From positions 481,840 through 545,839 of the forward strand of contig NMRA01000259.1 in assembly GCA_002633005.1 (NCBI GenBank): a DNA stretch of 64,000 bases. Reading direction: 5' to 3'. The notes under the pieces were generated by a model. It saw nothing but the letters and a program-made list of their open reading frames with translations, was not told where the DNA came from and ran no database searches. This DNA comes from Phoronis australis. Its lineage: Eukaryota > Animalia > Phoronida. Shown here piece by piece: positions 12,001 to 24,000 of this stretch (positions are counted from its first letter, which is position 1; every line of letters starts with the position of its first letter). A program made the position numbers and the translations under genes.

Positions 12001-15000
12001 GAATGACTTTAATTTCATGGCAAATATTTATGAGCCATTTTCAGGTCATTTGGTTTTTTGTCATGTTTTTTATGTTTGCATATCTTGGAAGTCTGAAAAT
12101 CCTACCTTCAGAGTCGAAATGAGCATTGAGTGACAAGTCCATTATCAAAGAAAATTGTGTATTTTACTGAAAATTTCTATTAAATCTATCACGTCGAGAA
12201 AAGAATTGAATGACTTTTGACACATATTTTACAAAGTGCGTTTAATCTCATAACGTAGCTAAGTCATTGAAAAAGTACGATTAAGTTGTCTGAACAACTT
12301 AATCGTTTTACTATGAAAGTTTGAACACATAATTGTAAATGGTGGCGATAGACTGAGTTCTCATGACTTTTATTTAATGTCACATACAACAATAATTTGG
12401 CCGTTTAAGTCAGATTCAACTTCAAAGTTGAATAAATGAGATATAGGCCGCAAATCTGTTTTTGTATTCAACAGAAAATTACAGTGACAAAAATTTACTC
12501 TGAAGCAGTTGGAAAATTCCACTCGGTCCGCTGAATATTTTTGTGAAATCAGGAAATTTAATTGAAATGTATGCGAGACAAGAAGTGATAGTTTTTTTAA
12601 AAGCGGCCTGTAATGATTTTTTATAGCCGTTACCTGTAAATGATGTGAATGTACATTATACTTCAGCAACTATGGCCCCACAATCTTCATTCAACAGGAG
12701 GCTTTGAAACAGAATTGCCAACAGGTTCTCTGGTTGTATGGAGCAGACGAACAAATCACAGAGGTGGGAACTATGAACATACTTGTATTTATGATCAACG
12801 AAAATGGTGGTAGGTATCAATGTAATGTCTTAACCACTCATTAGTGGCTTGTTTTATCAAAGTTCTTGTGTGTGGTTGTGGCGAAGACGGTCAAGAGCAT
12901 TCGGTGTGCCTTTAGAAGTGCAAACATGCAACTGACATAGAGTTGATAGTTCATGCTTAGACTTACTGACTACCTTCATGAGCCATGTTAATCAGCTGTT
13001 TAGAAATTGAACATGAAGTTATGATCGTTTTAACCAAGATGGAACGTGGAACCTTTGATAAAGCGGACCCTGTAGGCATGCATACCACTTGTTGTCTTTG
13101 TTAAACGCTGTACGCGTCATATAATTAGGGCTTCATCGAGCTGTCAAAATTGATCTGAAGGAACTCGCATGAATACCTGGGGCTATTTCATGAAGAGTGA
13201 CTTAAAACTGTGTATATTGGACTCAGTTGTCCGTGCAATCAAATCTTGGGTGGCGAAGCTCCTGCTGAAAGTACATTATTATCCCTATTTATATTATTAT
13301 GCGCCCACATATTTATATGTGGACGCATTATGCCGTCATCTCTGTCCGTCCGTCCGTCCGTCCGGGCGGCGTCCGGCGTCCGCTGCTCTATCTCCAAAAC
13401 CCTTTGACATACGTTCATGAAATTTGGCACATATGTTCCATTCATGAATGGGACGGCATGTGCGAACTTTTGGACGGATCCGACTACCGGTGTGCCCCCT
13501 AGTGGCAATTTTAGTTTTTTACGCTTACCTTTGTATCTTCAAAAGTCCTGAATGGATTTTCATGAAATTTGGTATGTAGGCACGTATTAGTGAGATGACG
13601 CTATCCTGCCGTTTTCAGATGGATTCGACGTAGTTTGCGCCACCTAGTGGCCATTTTTAGTGTTTTCGAGTCTGTTTTTGTGCGTCCACCCCTCTATCAA
13701 CCAAACCGCTCAAAGGATGATNNNNNNNNNNNNNNNNNNNNNNNNNNNNNNNNNNNNNNNNNNNNNNNNNNNNNNNNNNNNNNNNNNNNNNNNNNNNNNN
13801 NNNNNNNNNNNNNNNNNNNNNNNNNNNNNNNNNNNNNNNNNNNNNNNNNNNNNNNNNNNNNNNNNNNNNNNNNNNNNNNNNNNNNNNNNNNNNNNNNNNN
13901 NNNNNNNNNNNNNNNNNNNNNNNNNNNNNNNNNNNNNNNNNNNNNNNNNNNNNNNNNNNNNNNNNNNNNNNNNNNNNNNNNNNNNNNNNNNNNNNNNNNN
14001 NNNNNNNNNNNNNNNNNNNNNNNNNNNNNNNNNNNNNNNNNNNNNNNNNNNNNNNNNNNNNNNNNNNNNNNNNNNNNNNNNNNNNNNNNNNNNNNNNNNN
14101 NNNNNNNNNNNNNNNNNNNNNNNNNNNNNNNNNNNNNNNNNNNNNNNNNNNNNNNNNNNNNNNNNNNNNNNNNNNNNNNNNNNNNNNNNNNNNNNNNNNN
14201 NNNNNNNNNNNNNNNNNNNNNNNNNNNNNNNNNNNNNNNNNNNNNNNNNNNNNNNNNNNNNNNNNNNNNNNNNNNNNNNNNNNNNNNNNNNNNNNNNNNN
14301 NNNNNNNNNNNNNNNNNNNNNNNNNNNNNNNNNNNNNNNNNNNNNNNNNNNNNNNNNNNNNNNNNNNNNNNNNNNNNNNNNNNNNNNNNNNNNNNNNNNN
14401 NNNNNNNNNNNNNNNNNNNNNNNNNNNNNNNNNNNNNNNNNNNNNATTTATGTGATGTTGACAACGGACGATGACGACTTTAGGATGATTCTGACTACCG
14501 GTATGTCTCTAGTGGCAATTTTAGTATTTGCCTCTAGTGGCAATTTTGGTATTTTACATTGACCTCTGTATTTTCATAGGTCTTCAGGTGTATACTTTGT
14601 GTTACTTCGTGACTATGAAGGAAAAGTTCCAAGTAGAAATTTGTTTCTGGCATTCTAATGCTGTGCTCGTATGTTGGTAAATTTGTTTTTAATTCTTTCT
14701 GTGGTGCTTTAAGCAACTGGTGTATAGGATGTGCTTGTATTATGAAGATTACTCACATTTTGCCCCTAGCCTATTGAGGAGACAATGACCATGCCTTTCC
14801 ATTTTGCAAAGTACAACATACTACATATATGCCCTCTACTGGCCACTTTATGGTACCAATAAACAACCCTAGAAGGATACTGTATGCGGTGCAATTGTGG
14901 GCGCATTTCAACGCTCTGCGTTGCTCTTGTGTTTTGTGCTCTGAACTGTAGGATTTGCAGCATTCTTTGTCTGGGTGTGTTGTTTGGGGTTCATCTTTTA

Positions 15001-18000
15001 TTTGCATAAGGAGGTCACGATATTGTGAGCAGAATGTGCTTTTGATCCGATTTCAAATTTTACGAACGTGGAGACTGTATGAAGTTGGAAAAAATCCATG
15101 AATATACCTTTAGTTATGCGTGATGCTTGATGAGTACATGACAGAGTTATGACATGATATATGGTAAGCATCTAAAGTAATACTTTAGTCTTGGTCAGGT
15201 GATGATGAAGGTGTTTTTCATTAATCTCATAATTATAACTAGTGCAATATATTCATTTCTTACCGGACACATGGTACCCTTCATGTCCATGATGGTAGCA
15301 GTATTTAAAAAAACCCGAATTCAATCCTCAACATGTTTCAGAGGAGGAGTTGGTTACACCACCACTAGACTCTGGGGTCATACTTCCTGGAGTCACCCGT
15401 AATAGTCTGCTTGAACTGGCCAGAGCATGGGTGAGTTTATTTTTATTGTTTTCTATTGAAAACATCCTGGGCTACGCTCCATAGGCTCAAGACACTCAAG
15501 AAAAGTTAGTGTGATTGTGTGCTTTGCTGGTAATGGATGACGATGTCTCACAAGGATTGGCTTGATTTGCATTTTCGTGAAATTCTTGCGTCTGTGGCAC
15601 ACTTCCCTATCAAAGTATCATTTGCTTAACAGCAGATTGTGGATGCACTTGCTTGACGTGTCGGTTCTGCCGGGTCAACGGGATTAGACATCTGATTTGT
15701 TCTTGATGATGACTTCCGGCTTACAAATCAATTACATGTCTGAGCCAGTTGATGAGGTGGAACTGATGAAGTCTATCAAGTGCAGCCTATGAATTCTGTT
15801 CCTCTGGGGGGAACTTTTTCTCTTGTGCGTACCAATATCCCAGTGAGTAGTTGTAAGCCGGCTTTTAATTACTAATCACTTTGAAAACTATAATTGTTAT
15901 TGGGCAATCTTATTCTTTCTCATGTCCCTGGGAGTATACAATGGGTGCAATCATACTCGGCATCCGCCAATTAATTGGAACGCATAATTTTGTAAGTTTC
16001 AAGTCCTGAAATCCTCATGTCGTTACCCAAGTGGGAAGAATATCCAAGACGAGCTAAATTTTTAAGAATGTGATGCGTATGCGTGTGTCTATTCTGGCGG
16101 GTCCAAATCTCGCCGTAATAGCGCCAGACACATTGTCATTAAAGATGCACATGAAATGGAATCAACGATGGGCATGGTTTGCACATATGTGGATTTGTTT
16201 TATTTAACTGGAATATTGCCCGGGCCTACATTACCACTTGGACGTAGCCGTGTTTATTTTGCTACATTGTGAAGAACCAGCAAACTCCCCGTTTCATTTT
16301 CAGGGCGATTTCAAAGTGAGCGAACGAAGCATCACCATGTCTGAAGTAGTACAATCTTTAAAGGAGAATCGGGTGAGTCTCGGTGGTCGTCAAGTGAGGG
16401 TGTCTTCCGTTGATGCAAGGCCCTCTAGAGTGTGATCATGTGCTTGTAATGCATGGCGTTTTTGAAGCGAGACTGCGAGTTTGTAGCAAAATCTAGTAAT
16501 AAAATAGTTGAGCGCAAGATATCCTAAGTACCATTGAATAATGTAATTTGCATATCGGTGAATGACAGTCCAATGAAAAAGGGTGCTTACATGCATGTCA
16601 TAGCATTGTGTGATATCATCTATTTTGGAAATTGTGCGGAGAACCCAGGTGCTCATAACATCGTGTCGACCGCAATTCAGCAACGTGTCCAGCTGAGTTT
16701 TTAATGGCACTTTTTTAGCTGAACACGATTTGAGTAATTGAAATTTCTTGTTTTTGGGTATATCACACCATCTTTTGATTGAAATTTAAGCTTTCTAAAA
16801 AATACTTGAAACCGTACAAGTTTTCGCTTCCAGAATACGGATTATTATTGTGAAGGTTGCAAATTATGTTTGAAATGGGTTGGCAGCCGTGGTATATTGT
16901 CATTTTAACTTGCATTTGCAGGTGATGGTTACGACTACTTAAAGTGGAACTTGCATGCTAATTCTTTATTTCTATGATTGCTTGGACAAATTACTCAATT
17001 GTTAGAAGCACAGCATATAGCGATGATGTGAATATGAAGTAGGTTGAAAATTGCCAAACGTTTTTAAGAACAAGTTTTGTGTCGAAAATGATCTGCCGTA
17101 AATCAGTCAATCGTGTCCAGTAAGTATTGTGACGTGGTGTTGGGGAATAACACTGCATGATGTGGGTTGTATGAGCCCTCAAGGTCCGTCATTTGTGCAA
17201 AGTTCACCTGTTTTCAATTTTTTTTTGTTTTCACATTTAGTTTTCAATGAATACAGCTGCACTTTGTTTAGCGTAGATGATGTTCAAATAGCATTGTCGT
17301 TTAGTTCCTGCTATAGATTTGCATAGTTAAGAGCATGCAAATACATCTCAAAAATTAAATGGTTTATCAGGGTGCCGCAAGGCATTGTTTCATAGTAATA
17401 ATAATCGTATTCTAAATTCTAGATGTTGGAAATATTTGGTGCTGGCACAGCGTGCGTTGTCTGCCCAGTAGAGCGCATCCATTACAGGGGAGACGATCTA
17501 CACATACCCACCATGAAGAATGGTGCGCCAATCGCCATGAGGTTTTTCAGAAGCCTGCAGGACATTCAGGTAGGTTTAAAAACTTGTTTCATATCCCTAA
17601 AAAAAGTTTTTGTTTCAGTGGAATCACTTTTATTGTTTTATAATGTACTGTAAGGTTTAAGTCAATGCTGTTTGATTCCTAGTGGGACATTTTAAACCTG
17701 TCTGAAACATTCCAAACTATTTCCTCTTTTGTTTACTATTTGACAGTTGTCAGAGCCACTAAATCCCGATGTCTTGTGGCCGTGATTCCGTCGTCTAGCG
17801 TTTTAGCTAGGAACCAGTCTGTTCACCATCCTGGTTTTACTATCTTGTATAGTACTGAGAGAGTAATGACAAAACTCACCTGAAATTAACACTGCAATGG
17901 AACAGGAACACTGACTGCATGAGAGTAATTATTATATAGAAACGTCAAAAAACAGACAATTGCGGCACAAATAAAAAAGTTCATGTTGATTCAACATTTC

Positions 18001-18332
18001 ATCTATTCATTAAACATCATCAGGTTATATACAATAACACATCATGTGTTGATTCAACATTTCGTCTATTCATTAAACATCATCAAGTTATATACAATAA
18101 GACATCATGTGTCGACACTTGATGTCTTATTGTATATGACCTGATGAACTTTGTGCGGCGATAGTCCGTTTTTTGATCCTGCTATGGCCAAAACCTGATG
18201 TAATTATATAGTAGCAGTGACAAATGCATATTTTATTTGTAAGCAGAAATAAATAATTTAAAAAAATTATTTGTCTTTTAGTATGGTCGAGTGGAGTCTC
18301 CTTTTGACAACTGGGTTCAAGTGGTCAATTGA
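2966..18332 (+). CDS. BCAT: Branched-chain amino acid aminotransferase, PLP fold-type IV, 392 aa, 11 exons: 2966-3001, 5591-5641, 6033-6233, 8936-9046, 10107-10226, 11735-11895, 12667-12809, 15342-15430, 16304-16372, 17423-17569, 18282-18332
   Basis: Exons total 1179 nt and splice in frame with GT-AG boundaries. Motifs: [60 protein letters not shown] (PLP lysine), [37 protein letters not shown]-terminus is Arg/Leu/Ser-rich with no acidic residues (presequence-like). Confidence 0.96.
3551..4502. mobile_element. Non-autonomous DNA transposon (MITE/foldback) with ~290-bp terminal inverted repeats, BCAT intron 1
   Basis: TAGGCAATGACCATCGCCTCTGTTGGCC... at 3551 and ...GGCCAACAGAGGCGATGGTCATTGCCTA at 4502. 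Arms pair over ~3551-3842 and ~4215-4502. CCTAAATCA occurs on both flanks (imperfect TSD, 4 extra nt on the left). Confidence 0.8.
4523..4681. mobile_element. Short hairpin MITE-like inverted repeat
   Basis: CCAACCCT..ATTTAAAT.GGCACTGGTTGGATATAGC pairs with GCTATATCCGACCAGCGCCTATTTAAATAGGGTTGG. Confidence 0.6.
5591..5641 (+). CDS. BCAT: BCAT exon 2 ([17 protein letters not shown], presequence end)
   Basis: Polypyrimidine tract + CCAG acceptor, donor GTAAAC; ends in ..STFK like BCAT N-termini. Confidence 0.78.
6033..6233 (+). CDS. BCAT: BCAT exon 3
   Basis: ANDLVVEV...[12 protein letters not shown]...CLHYATE; acceptor ACAG, donor GTAAAT. Confidence 0.95.
7354..7636. repeat. 31-bp minisatellite, ~9 copies
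   Basis: Unit ~TGTGCAAAGCTAGGCCTTGTGTTCAGATATT. Confidence 0.9.
8936..9046 (+). CDS. BCAT: BCAT exon 4
   Basis: [37 protein letters not shown]; donor GTAAGT. Confidence 0.95.
10107..10226 (+). CDS. BCAT: BCAT exon 5
   Basis: [40 protein letters not shown]; donor GTAAGT. Confidence 0.95.
10628..10818. repeat. 20-bp minisatellite, ~9.5 near-identical copies
   Basis: Unit GCAGGTGTGCGTCCACACGA; source of the repetitive ORFs at 10586-10964. Confidence 0.95.
11735..11895 (+). CDS. BCAT: BCAT exon 6 (PLP-binding Lys)
   Basis: [53 protein letters not shown](S); donor GTAAGT. Confidence 0.95.
12667..12809 (+). CDS. BCAT: BCAT exon 7
   Basis: [47 protein letters not shown]; phase 2 to phase 1. Confidence 0.95.
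13295..14930 (+). mobile_element. Non-autonomous Helentron-type (HINE/DINE-1-like) element spanning an assembly gap
   Basis: 5' subterminal repeat ATGCGCCCACA (13299-13309) with nearby partial inverted copy TGTGGACGCAT (13318-13328), then (GTCC)n microsatellite and internal tandem repeats. 3' inverted copy TGTGGGCGCAT (14896-14906) followed by hairpin CAACGC-TCT-GCGTTG (14909-14923) and a T-rich flank. Confidence 0.72.
13722..14445. other. Assembly gap (N run)
   Basis: Run of N. Confidence 1.
15342..15430 (+). CDS. BCAT: BCAT exon 8
   Basis: [30 protein letters not shown]; donor GTGAGT. Confidence 0.95.
16304..16372 (+). CDS. BCAT: BCAT exon 9
   Basis: [23 protein letters not shown]; donor GTGAGT. 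Confidence 0.93.
17423..17569 (+). CDS. BCAT: BCAT exon 10 (CXXC motif)
   Basis: [49 protein letters not shown]. Confidence 0.95.
17945..18176. repeat. Foldback palindrome with internal 63-bp tandem duplication, last BCAT intron
   Basis: Centre GTGTCGACAC (~18108-18117); arms CATCAAGTTATATACAATAAGACATCA / TGATGTCTTATTGTATATGACCTGATG; GTTGATTCAACATTTC repeated at 17985 and 18048. Confidence 0.8.
18282..18332 (+). CDS. BCAT: BCAT exon 11 (terminal)
   Basis: [16 protein letters not shown], completing the conserved IQYG...W C-terminus. Confidence 0.9.
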   Translation, partial: YGRVESPFDNWVQVVN

Positions 18333-21078
18333 TGGTCTCGTGATCTGCTTACTGCGTTTGCATAACGTTCAAGTAAGGAAATGATACATAACAGCGCACA
18401 TACTCGGTGGTGATGGCCGACTGTGAGGTATTGAGTTACTGGTTATATTCAGTTTTTGGTAAATCAAGTATGATTTTTCAGACTTCTTTCATATTTAAGT
18501 CATGGGCTATTGCTTTTGGCATATAATCACAGGGCATTAGTTAGCTATTTCGAATATGGTTGAACAAATTATGTATTCTTTTTATTGATTTTGTCTAATC
18601 AGACAAGTGACATTTATCTCAATAGGCTGATCTGTACACAACATTGCGTTGCAACACTACCTGACTTGAGCGCATTCTAAAAATTGTTCATGCCGTTAAC
18701 TCGAACACACTCGGGAACGGATCAGAATCTGTGCATCATAAGCTTATACACAGCTGTGTTACTGTGCCAAAGTGCTGTTGTCGTAGTGCGCACTTTTGAG
18801 AGTAATTTAAAAATTATCGAGGTTCTTGCCAGGTGAGTTGGGTGCATTTGTGTCACATTAGGTTATGAGTATGGTTATATAAATTAATATAATAGGTATT
18901 TATTGTTTGTTTGACTTTGGGAAATGATGTGAACTATGATGTTGTTTTGTGGTAACAGAACGGATGTTTTTGTAGTTGAGACGGAACTTCTCATGTTTTT
19001 TTGTTCCTTAATGTACCCCTTGCTGACAAGTAAACAATCTCGTTTTGTTTTCTAAGTCATAATTTTCATGTCATTATGGACATTCCAAATTCCATAGTGA
19101 GATGTTTGAGGAGGTTAGTGTGATTCTCGCTTTTGACAAATTGTAACTGTTTATCTGTGACTTTTTAACGTATCTCAGACATTGTTTCTCAGATTCCACA
19201 GAAGTCGTGTTGTTGTCTTCTTCAGTTTCTTCCTCAAGAATATTTATTAAAAAATTTCAGAAGTAGAATCTCTATTACCTGGCCACTTTAAAAAACAGCA
19301 ACTCCCACTTGCAAAAGTTGGCTTTTTTGCAGGTGCTTGCACAAACACAAGTTTCAAATGTTACCATTCAAAGTTTCCGTGTCTTTGTTTAAATTTTCAG
19401 ATTTCCTTGATGAAGGAAATCTTCGAAACTGAGAATTTTGAGTTGCTGTTTCTAGTATAACAGGTGGCTCCAGGATTGTTAAGTTTAATGACTAACACCA
19501 GGCACTGCAGTGGTGAATAGTCTTGCGTCGGTGCTAAGACGACAGAGAGAAATGCGAGACTGTTGAAGTCAGTGTATGTTAAAGACTCACACAGCGCCAG
19601 TTGGGTCATACTGAAATCTCAAAGTTGAATGCAGCAAGTTAGCTAGAATTAATCTTTCTGTTGAAGCAGTTAATACCGGTAAATGATTTTTTTCACACGT
19701 AACGAGGAATACTTATTTACCGTATTAAAAAAATTCAAAGACAGCGCTGCGTGGGGCTTCGAGGTTCCAAGAGTTTTGTTGTGAAATACGTGATGTTCGA
19801 AGGTTTTCGCTTACCTATGCTCACATAAGTTTTGCCATATGGTTAATGTGATTTTATTGTGTAGTCGTCACTATTTTACTTGGACGAAATAGATTTGGTA
19901 GCAAGCAAAAATTCTGTAATAAGCAAAAAAAGTGAAAATGTGTAATTAAAAGTTAGCGTTGGCCTTCCGACGTTATCGTAAGCTTAGTTTTGTTTTGTTT
20001 CATGGTTGAATTCTCACCTTGTTTTTTAAGTAACCGTTTTTTGAAATGCCAATGTAGTTAATGGTTCTTAGAAATGTTCAATGCCATGTTTGAGCGAAGC
20101 TGTAGTATTGAAGAAAATTTGTTTGAATAGTATTAGTTGGCACCCCGTAATTTTATTTAAGTTACATGATTGTTTTAATTATGCATTTTTGTAGCTGGAT
20201 CACATGAGCATGTATTGAATTTAAAACATTGCACAAAAATTAACGTTATCTGCACATGTTTGTTTGATAGGACATCATGTGGCAGGTGTTACTGACAACT
20301 GTTTCATTTTCAGTGAACAGAAAAGGAGGAAAAGCTTGTTTGTGACGTGTTAAAACGTTTCTGCTAAGGTATTTTGCTTTCACACAATGAATTTCAAATG
20401 TTAAACTTTTAAAACAAAGCATTTTTAAAAGTTTGCTTTTAGACAATATTTTTATAATCTTTTCAAATGATTCTGTTCTAGATGAAACATTTTAAAACAC
20501 TTGTGCGAGTCCAGCTTACGTTTTTAAACGAATCTGTGTTTGATAAATCTCAAGTTCATCTAGTGGTTAGGTGATGATGTTACTACACCCGATTAGATAC
20601 TGGTTGTGCGATGGTGTCCAGAGAACTCTAGTCAAAAAATTACTGGCCTTGGGCCATAACCATAGTGTTTAGGTTGATATTACATTTCAAGTCAGAATAT
20701 TTATGTCCACTGACTATTTCTGTCTCAACACATGAGTAGTCTACTTAGTTATGTCAGGGATAATGTTGATGTCAATCCATGTCACTGTAGGAGTACAGAA
20801 GTTGGGTTGGTAGTCCGTATTTAGTAACTTAGGAATCTAATTTCCACAGAAGTGCTTCTGAATTTGGGTTCATTTTGCTGTGTTTCAATCTGCATTCCAG
20901 CAAACGAATTTTAGGCAGCTAACATTAACCCCCGGTCCATTATAGAGAAGCATTTATTTTGCCTATTGTTATATACTTTATCGTTATTTACTTGTGACAC
21001 CCATCCTGATATATGCTGTGCTTGTTTGTTTTAGTGTGACTGTAGGTTTGTGTTAATCACTGCACAATGATTGTTATT

Positions 21079-21084
21079 AATAAA
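21079..21084 (+). terminator. Candidate BCAT polyadenylation signal (AATAAA)
   Basis: AATAAA near the end of the T/G-rich (+) stretch following the BCAT stop, where strand composition begins to switch. Confidence 0.35.
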
Positions 21085-24000
21085 GCGTGCTAGAACAAAA
21101 CAATTGTGAATCTGTTAACAGCAATAACAGTACAACTTGCACAAGACGGATCCAAACGGACCGAGAGATTTCTTCGAACTGTGGCAAGACTCAATTTATC
21201 TGAGGGGTACACTGCTCGGATTAGAACAACCGAACAGCTGAACTTAGTCAAAGTTGACTCTGAGTGTAAATCTGACTTACACGTATCCGACTCGGGCGTG
21301 TTTTACTGTGCATTACTTGCTCAGCACTGCATGACATACGCTCCACACACTCACACAGTGCACAACTGGAAGGGAGAAACCTTGCCCTCTTGCAAATCCT
21401 AAAGCGTCTCCTGGTATCTTCTAATTCGACTTTTGACATAAATTCTTAACGTTTTTTTCAGTCACACATGGCACCATTTTCCAAAAAAAAAGTTTGGAAT
21501 CTTCAGACAGGGTTTAGGATGTAGGGAAGCATGTAGGTGGCCATGATTATATTAGGTGAGGTGGCATGGAAGTAGTTCAATGAAGAATACCTGCAACTTT
21601 AATGTTATCTGTAATTAGAACGCGTCCTCTTATAGAAACAAAACGAGGTTTTTTACCTTGAAACAAAAACCAAACAACAGTTTTTCACAGAGGGCGCCAC
21701 ATGGCTTGTGATGAACCTCTACACCGTAGTGCCATCATGAAGGACGGTGTGCAAAGCAATAGCACTGTTGAAAACATTGCAAGCGAAAAGGAGAAATCCG
21801 CACTCTTAACAATATAATATTGTATTGCATCATGAATTTACAATAATTCGAAGTACTGAACAACAACTAGACAGTTGGAAAGTGAAACACCAGATCGTGA
21901 GACATACATAAAGTGGTCCCAATTGCCTAGTCTACCTACAGACGCCAGAATACATCCTCGAAGCTTTGAAAAGTGGCTTGAGGAGTGATCTCCCCTCATC
22001 TACATAATTTTTTATGAACTAAAATGCAGCACAGCAATCATTAATAAGAAGTCACTTCTGTGGAAATATTCGAACAGATGCACACCAAAGCAAAACAAAA
22101 TGAAGTAAAGGCAACGTTATTTCACTTATTCAGCACATAATACAGAAGAAATGTGCAATTTTACCAGGTACATCAAAATCTCACCAATTTAGAACACAAT
22201 ATGGCCGACAAGTAAGACTTTAATAATGTCATTTTTTCCCATAAAACGCCAAATTCGATGCCCTTTTCACGGTAATATTTTGTACCACCGAGAAAAGTTG
22301 AAAAATTGAGACCTTTCAAGGAAATATTGGAAACCATTGAAAAATGAAAAAAGGGTAATTATAGCAACCATTTTTGTTTAAGATTTTGAGATTTTACATG
22401 TCAAATTGCTCAGTTATGAAATTGTGCACCGTGACAGTTGCCACTAAACAACATTGTAACTTACTGATTACTTGTCTCTATGAAGTTGACCTATGGAAAT
22501 TTTTAATATTTATTTTTGTGCGAAATGAATGATGAATTATCGTAACATTCACTACTAGCTTGAATTCGCCACTGTGCTTGAAAATGACGGGTTGTGTCCA
22601 AACTTAAGATTCTGCATGTTTGGAACGTGCACTTTCACGTTTGAGTTATTAAAATTGATGCTAAAACAAGGCATTGTTTTCCCAAACAACAATGCACAAC
22701 AATAATTTTCTGCAGCACCACCAAAATGTGCAATAGTTAATTGATTGTGACATCACAAACTGATCTACTATCTTTAGCCTTACTACTCTTGGTAAGATCA
22801 GAACAAAGCGTTTCAAAAAGGACCCTACTTGAAGCAGTGTACTTTATGTTGGCAATACCCTGCAATTACAAGACATTATAAAAGCCTATAAATGGCTGAG
22901 TTATGTTTTACTAAATGCTCAACATGTCCTCCTCCTCTTGCTCTATGAGCAATATTGATATTCTTTTTTGAGGCATCACAGATCTAGCAATCTAAAATTG
23001 AATCCAAGTTTCAGAAACGCCACACATTACACGAGCAATATTGATATATTTAGAAGAAACAAATCTAAAATAAGGTTCAAATTTTTGAAACTGTCTATAT
23101 TTGGTTTAAAAAAAACAGACCGCACGAGAACACCAGAATACCACATAACAGCATGACGAAGTATTTTTGATTTTCACAGTGGCAATGCGACTCCTTTGTC
23201 GTGCAACTTTAAAATATATACGCGTCAAAAGCGGAGTGAAAGTCTGAAGAGAATTACACAGAGATTACGTGGCAGTCAGTACTGAACTTGCCTGACCCTT
23301 GCATTTGAAGCCATGTTACAAAGTACAACTTACACTTCTATAAATAAGCACATGGAAGTCGTCGTGGCTGAGTCAACTGAAGACAAATGACACTGGTAAA
23401 TAAATGACTCGGCTGACGACTAAAGCATGAATGATAAACGCAATATTGCAAATAATTCACATGATAAACTTGAGTTAATTATACAATTGTAATAACAACT
23501 TACAATATGTACAGATTTCCATTGAAATACATTACACAAGCTACAAAAGCTACCTATTCATACGACTAACAAGCATGCGAAACGGCACTTTACTTCCACA
23601 CACGCATTTAAAATTGACGCACCTACGCTCTAAATCTAGTATCTTAACTTACTTCCAACAACCTGTACAAAACTTTTACATGATTTTAATAACAGTTCAA
23701 CTTTGCTGGACTCACCTGATTACACGACTAATTAACGAAAACTGGCGCAAGTGCTTCCACTGCATCACTGTTCTACAGCCAATGGGAACTTGATAGAAAA
23801 AAGAACTTTATAATATAAAATAAATACGAATTCAAGTGCTCAATACTGCTCTAAATAACGAATTACTGTACATCCAATAGCTGTCACAGATGGACATAAG
23901 TATGTCCTTGACTATTTGTTCACTGCTGGCCGTCAATAAAAACACACTGACATTTGGAGAAGACTAGATAATCGGCGCCACTTTTGAAAATGAGCAGCCG

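Noticed and set aside
13635-14562. Long 255-300 aa ORFs
   Set aside because: Artefacts of translating through the N gap.
21106-21402. ORF containing SDLHVSDSGVFYCAL (resembles the Ig/TCR V-domain DSAVYYCAL strand), followed by CACAGTG + 12 nt + GGAGAAACC (recombination-signal-like)
   Set aside because: No N-terminal Cys or core Trp of a V domain, no ATG or leader, heptamer ~45 nt away from the YC motif, nonamer only 6/9, and it sits between two 3' ends in an invertebrate-like genome. Most likely chance; an HMM search against V-set would settle it.
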